A stretch of 64,000 nt of DNA from Methanocaldococcus sp. 16A (GTDB lineage: Archaea > AGJL01 > Methanococci > Methanococcales > Methanocaldococcaceae). The notes under the pieces are model-generated. The model did not search any database. It was not told where the DNA came from and worked only from the letters and a program-made list of their open reading frames with translations. Where the stretch lies: assembly GCA_049860595.1 (NCBI GenBank), contig CP187551.1. One strand, written 5' to 3'. The position numbers were made by a program, and so were the translations under genes. Position 1 is the first letter of the stretch. Each line of letters starts with the position of its first letter. This document shows, in pieces, positions 63,539-64,000 of this stretch.

Positions 63539-64000
63539 TTATCCTTCAACATATTTTTTTAACTTCTCAAGTTGTTCTTTAGTACCAAAAGCATATATTA
63601 TATCCCCAACATTAATTACTGTATCAGAAGGAGGGCTCGTAATCATTTTATCTCCTTTTTTAATAGCTAAAACGGTAGCTCCAGTATTTTCTCTAATTTT
63701 TGAATTTTTTAAAAGTTTATTGTCAAGTTCTTTATTTTTTAAAATATACCTCCTAACTTCCATATCTTCTTCTGTAGCTACTAAGGAATGGAGAAATTCA
63801 ACAACATCTGGATTTAAGGCTATTCTCGCAATTTCCATTCCTCCAACTATATATGGACATACAGCCCTATCAGCACCTGCTTTTATTAACTTATCAAGAG
63901 TCGAGGGTTTTTCTGCTTTTGCAACTACATAAATACTTGGATTTAGCTTCTTTGCTGAAAGAGTAATAAAAACGTTTTCAGCATCTGAAGTAACTACTGA
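63539..64000 (-). CDS. Second RCK/TrkA-domain potassium channel-type protein, 3' part only
   Basis: Open to the window edge: SDAENVFITLSAKKLNP...AGADRAVCPYIVGG...TGATVLAIK...GDIIYAFGT; paralogous to the C-terminus of 55728-56753. Confidence 0.88.
   Translation of the reverse strand, partial: SVVTSDAENVFITLSAKKLNPSIYVVAKAEKPSTLDKLIKAGADRAVCPYIVGGMEIARIALNPDVVEFLHSLVATEEDMEVRRYILKNKELDNKLLKNSKIRENTGATVLAIKKGDKMITSPPSDTVINVGDIIYAFGTKEQLEKLKKYVEG

Overview
AT-rich archaeal DNA from a hyperthermophilic Methanococcales methanogen, most likely Methanocaldococcus: many proteins resemble M. jannaschii proteins, GGTGA ribosome-binding sites are common, and there is a selenocysteine FdhA with an archaeal SECIS. 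From left to right: (1) aldolase, nnr and a PHP gene, then a GC-rich structured RNA candidate at about 3.1-3.3 kb. (2) A sulfur/selenium-type cluster at 4.4-21.7 kb (split YedE/YeeE transporter, TudS-related protein, double-cubane reductase and its ATP-dependent activase, TIM-barrel, PP-loop, iPGM, DUF3343). It encloses an all-cysteine, selenium-free electron-bifurcation block: vhcDGAB, hdrA, fwdB, and a truncated FdhA-like/FdhB pair resembling ElpAB. (3) An accessory island at 21.7-34.3 kb with a foreign-looking hydantoinase/oxoprolinase pair, a dppC pseudogene, two SAM methyltransferases and a Ni/peptide ABC transporter. (4) An Hmd paralogue with an MglA/MglB-like pair. (5) A nitrogen cluster (amt, glnK, glnA, four-gene glutamate synthase) with NrpR operators. 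(6) nadE, Sec-fdhA with a 5' SECIS, a beta carbonic anhydrase, K+ channels, a helicase, MITE-like repeats, and a three-gene membrane operon with a PIN-like tail and a membrane-anchored wHTH regulator. The most notable signal not explained by the gene calls is a 16-bp dyad (ATTAG-N5-CTAAT) upstream of the Se-free genes and several uncharacterised genes, suggesting one regulon. No rRNA, tRNA or CRISPR array was seen. All family assignments are from motif recognition and recall, not database searches.
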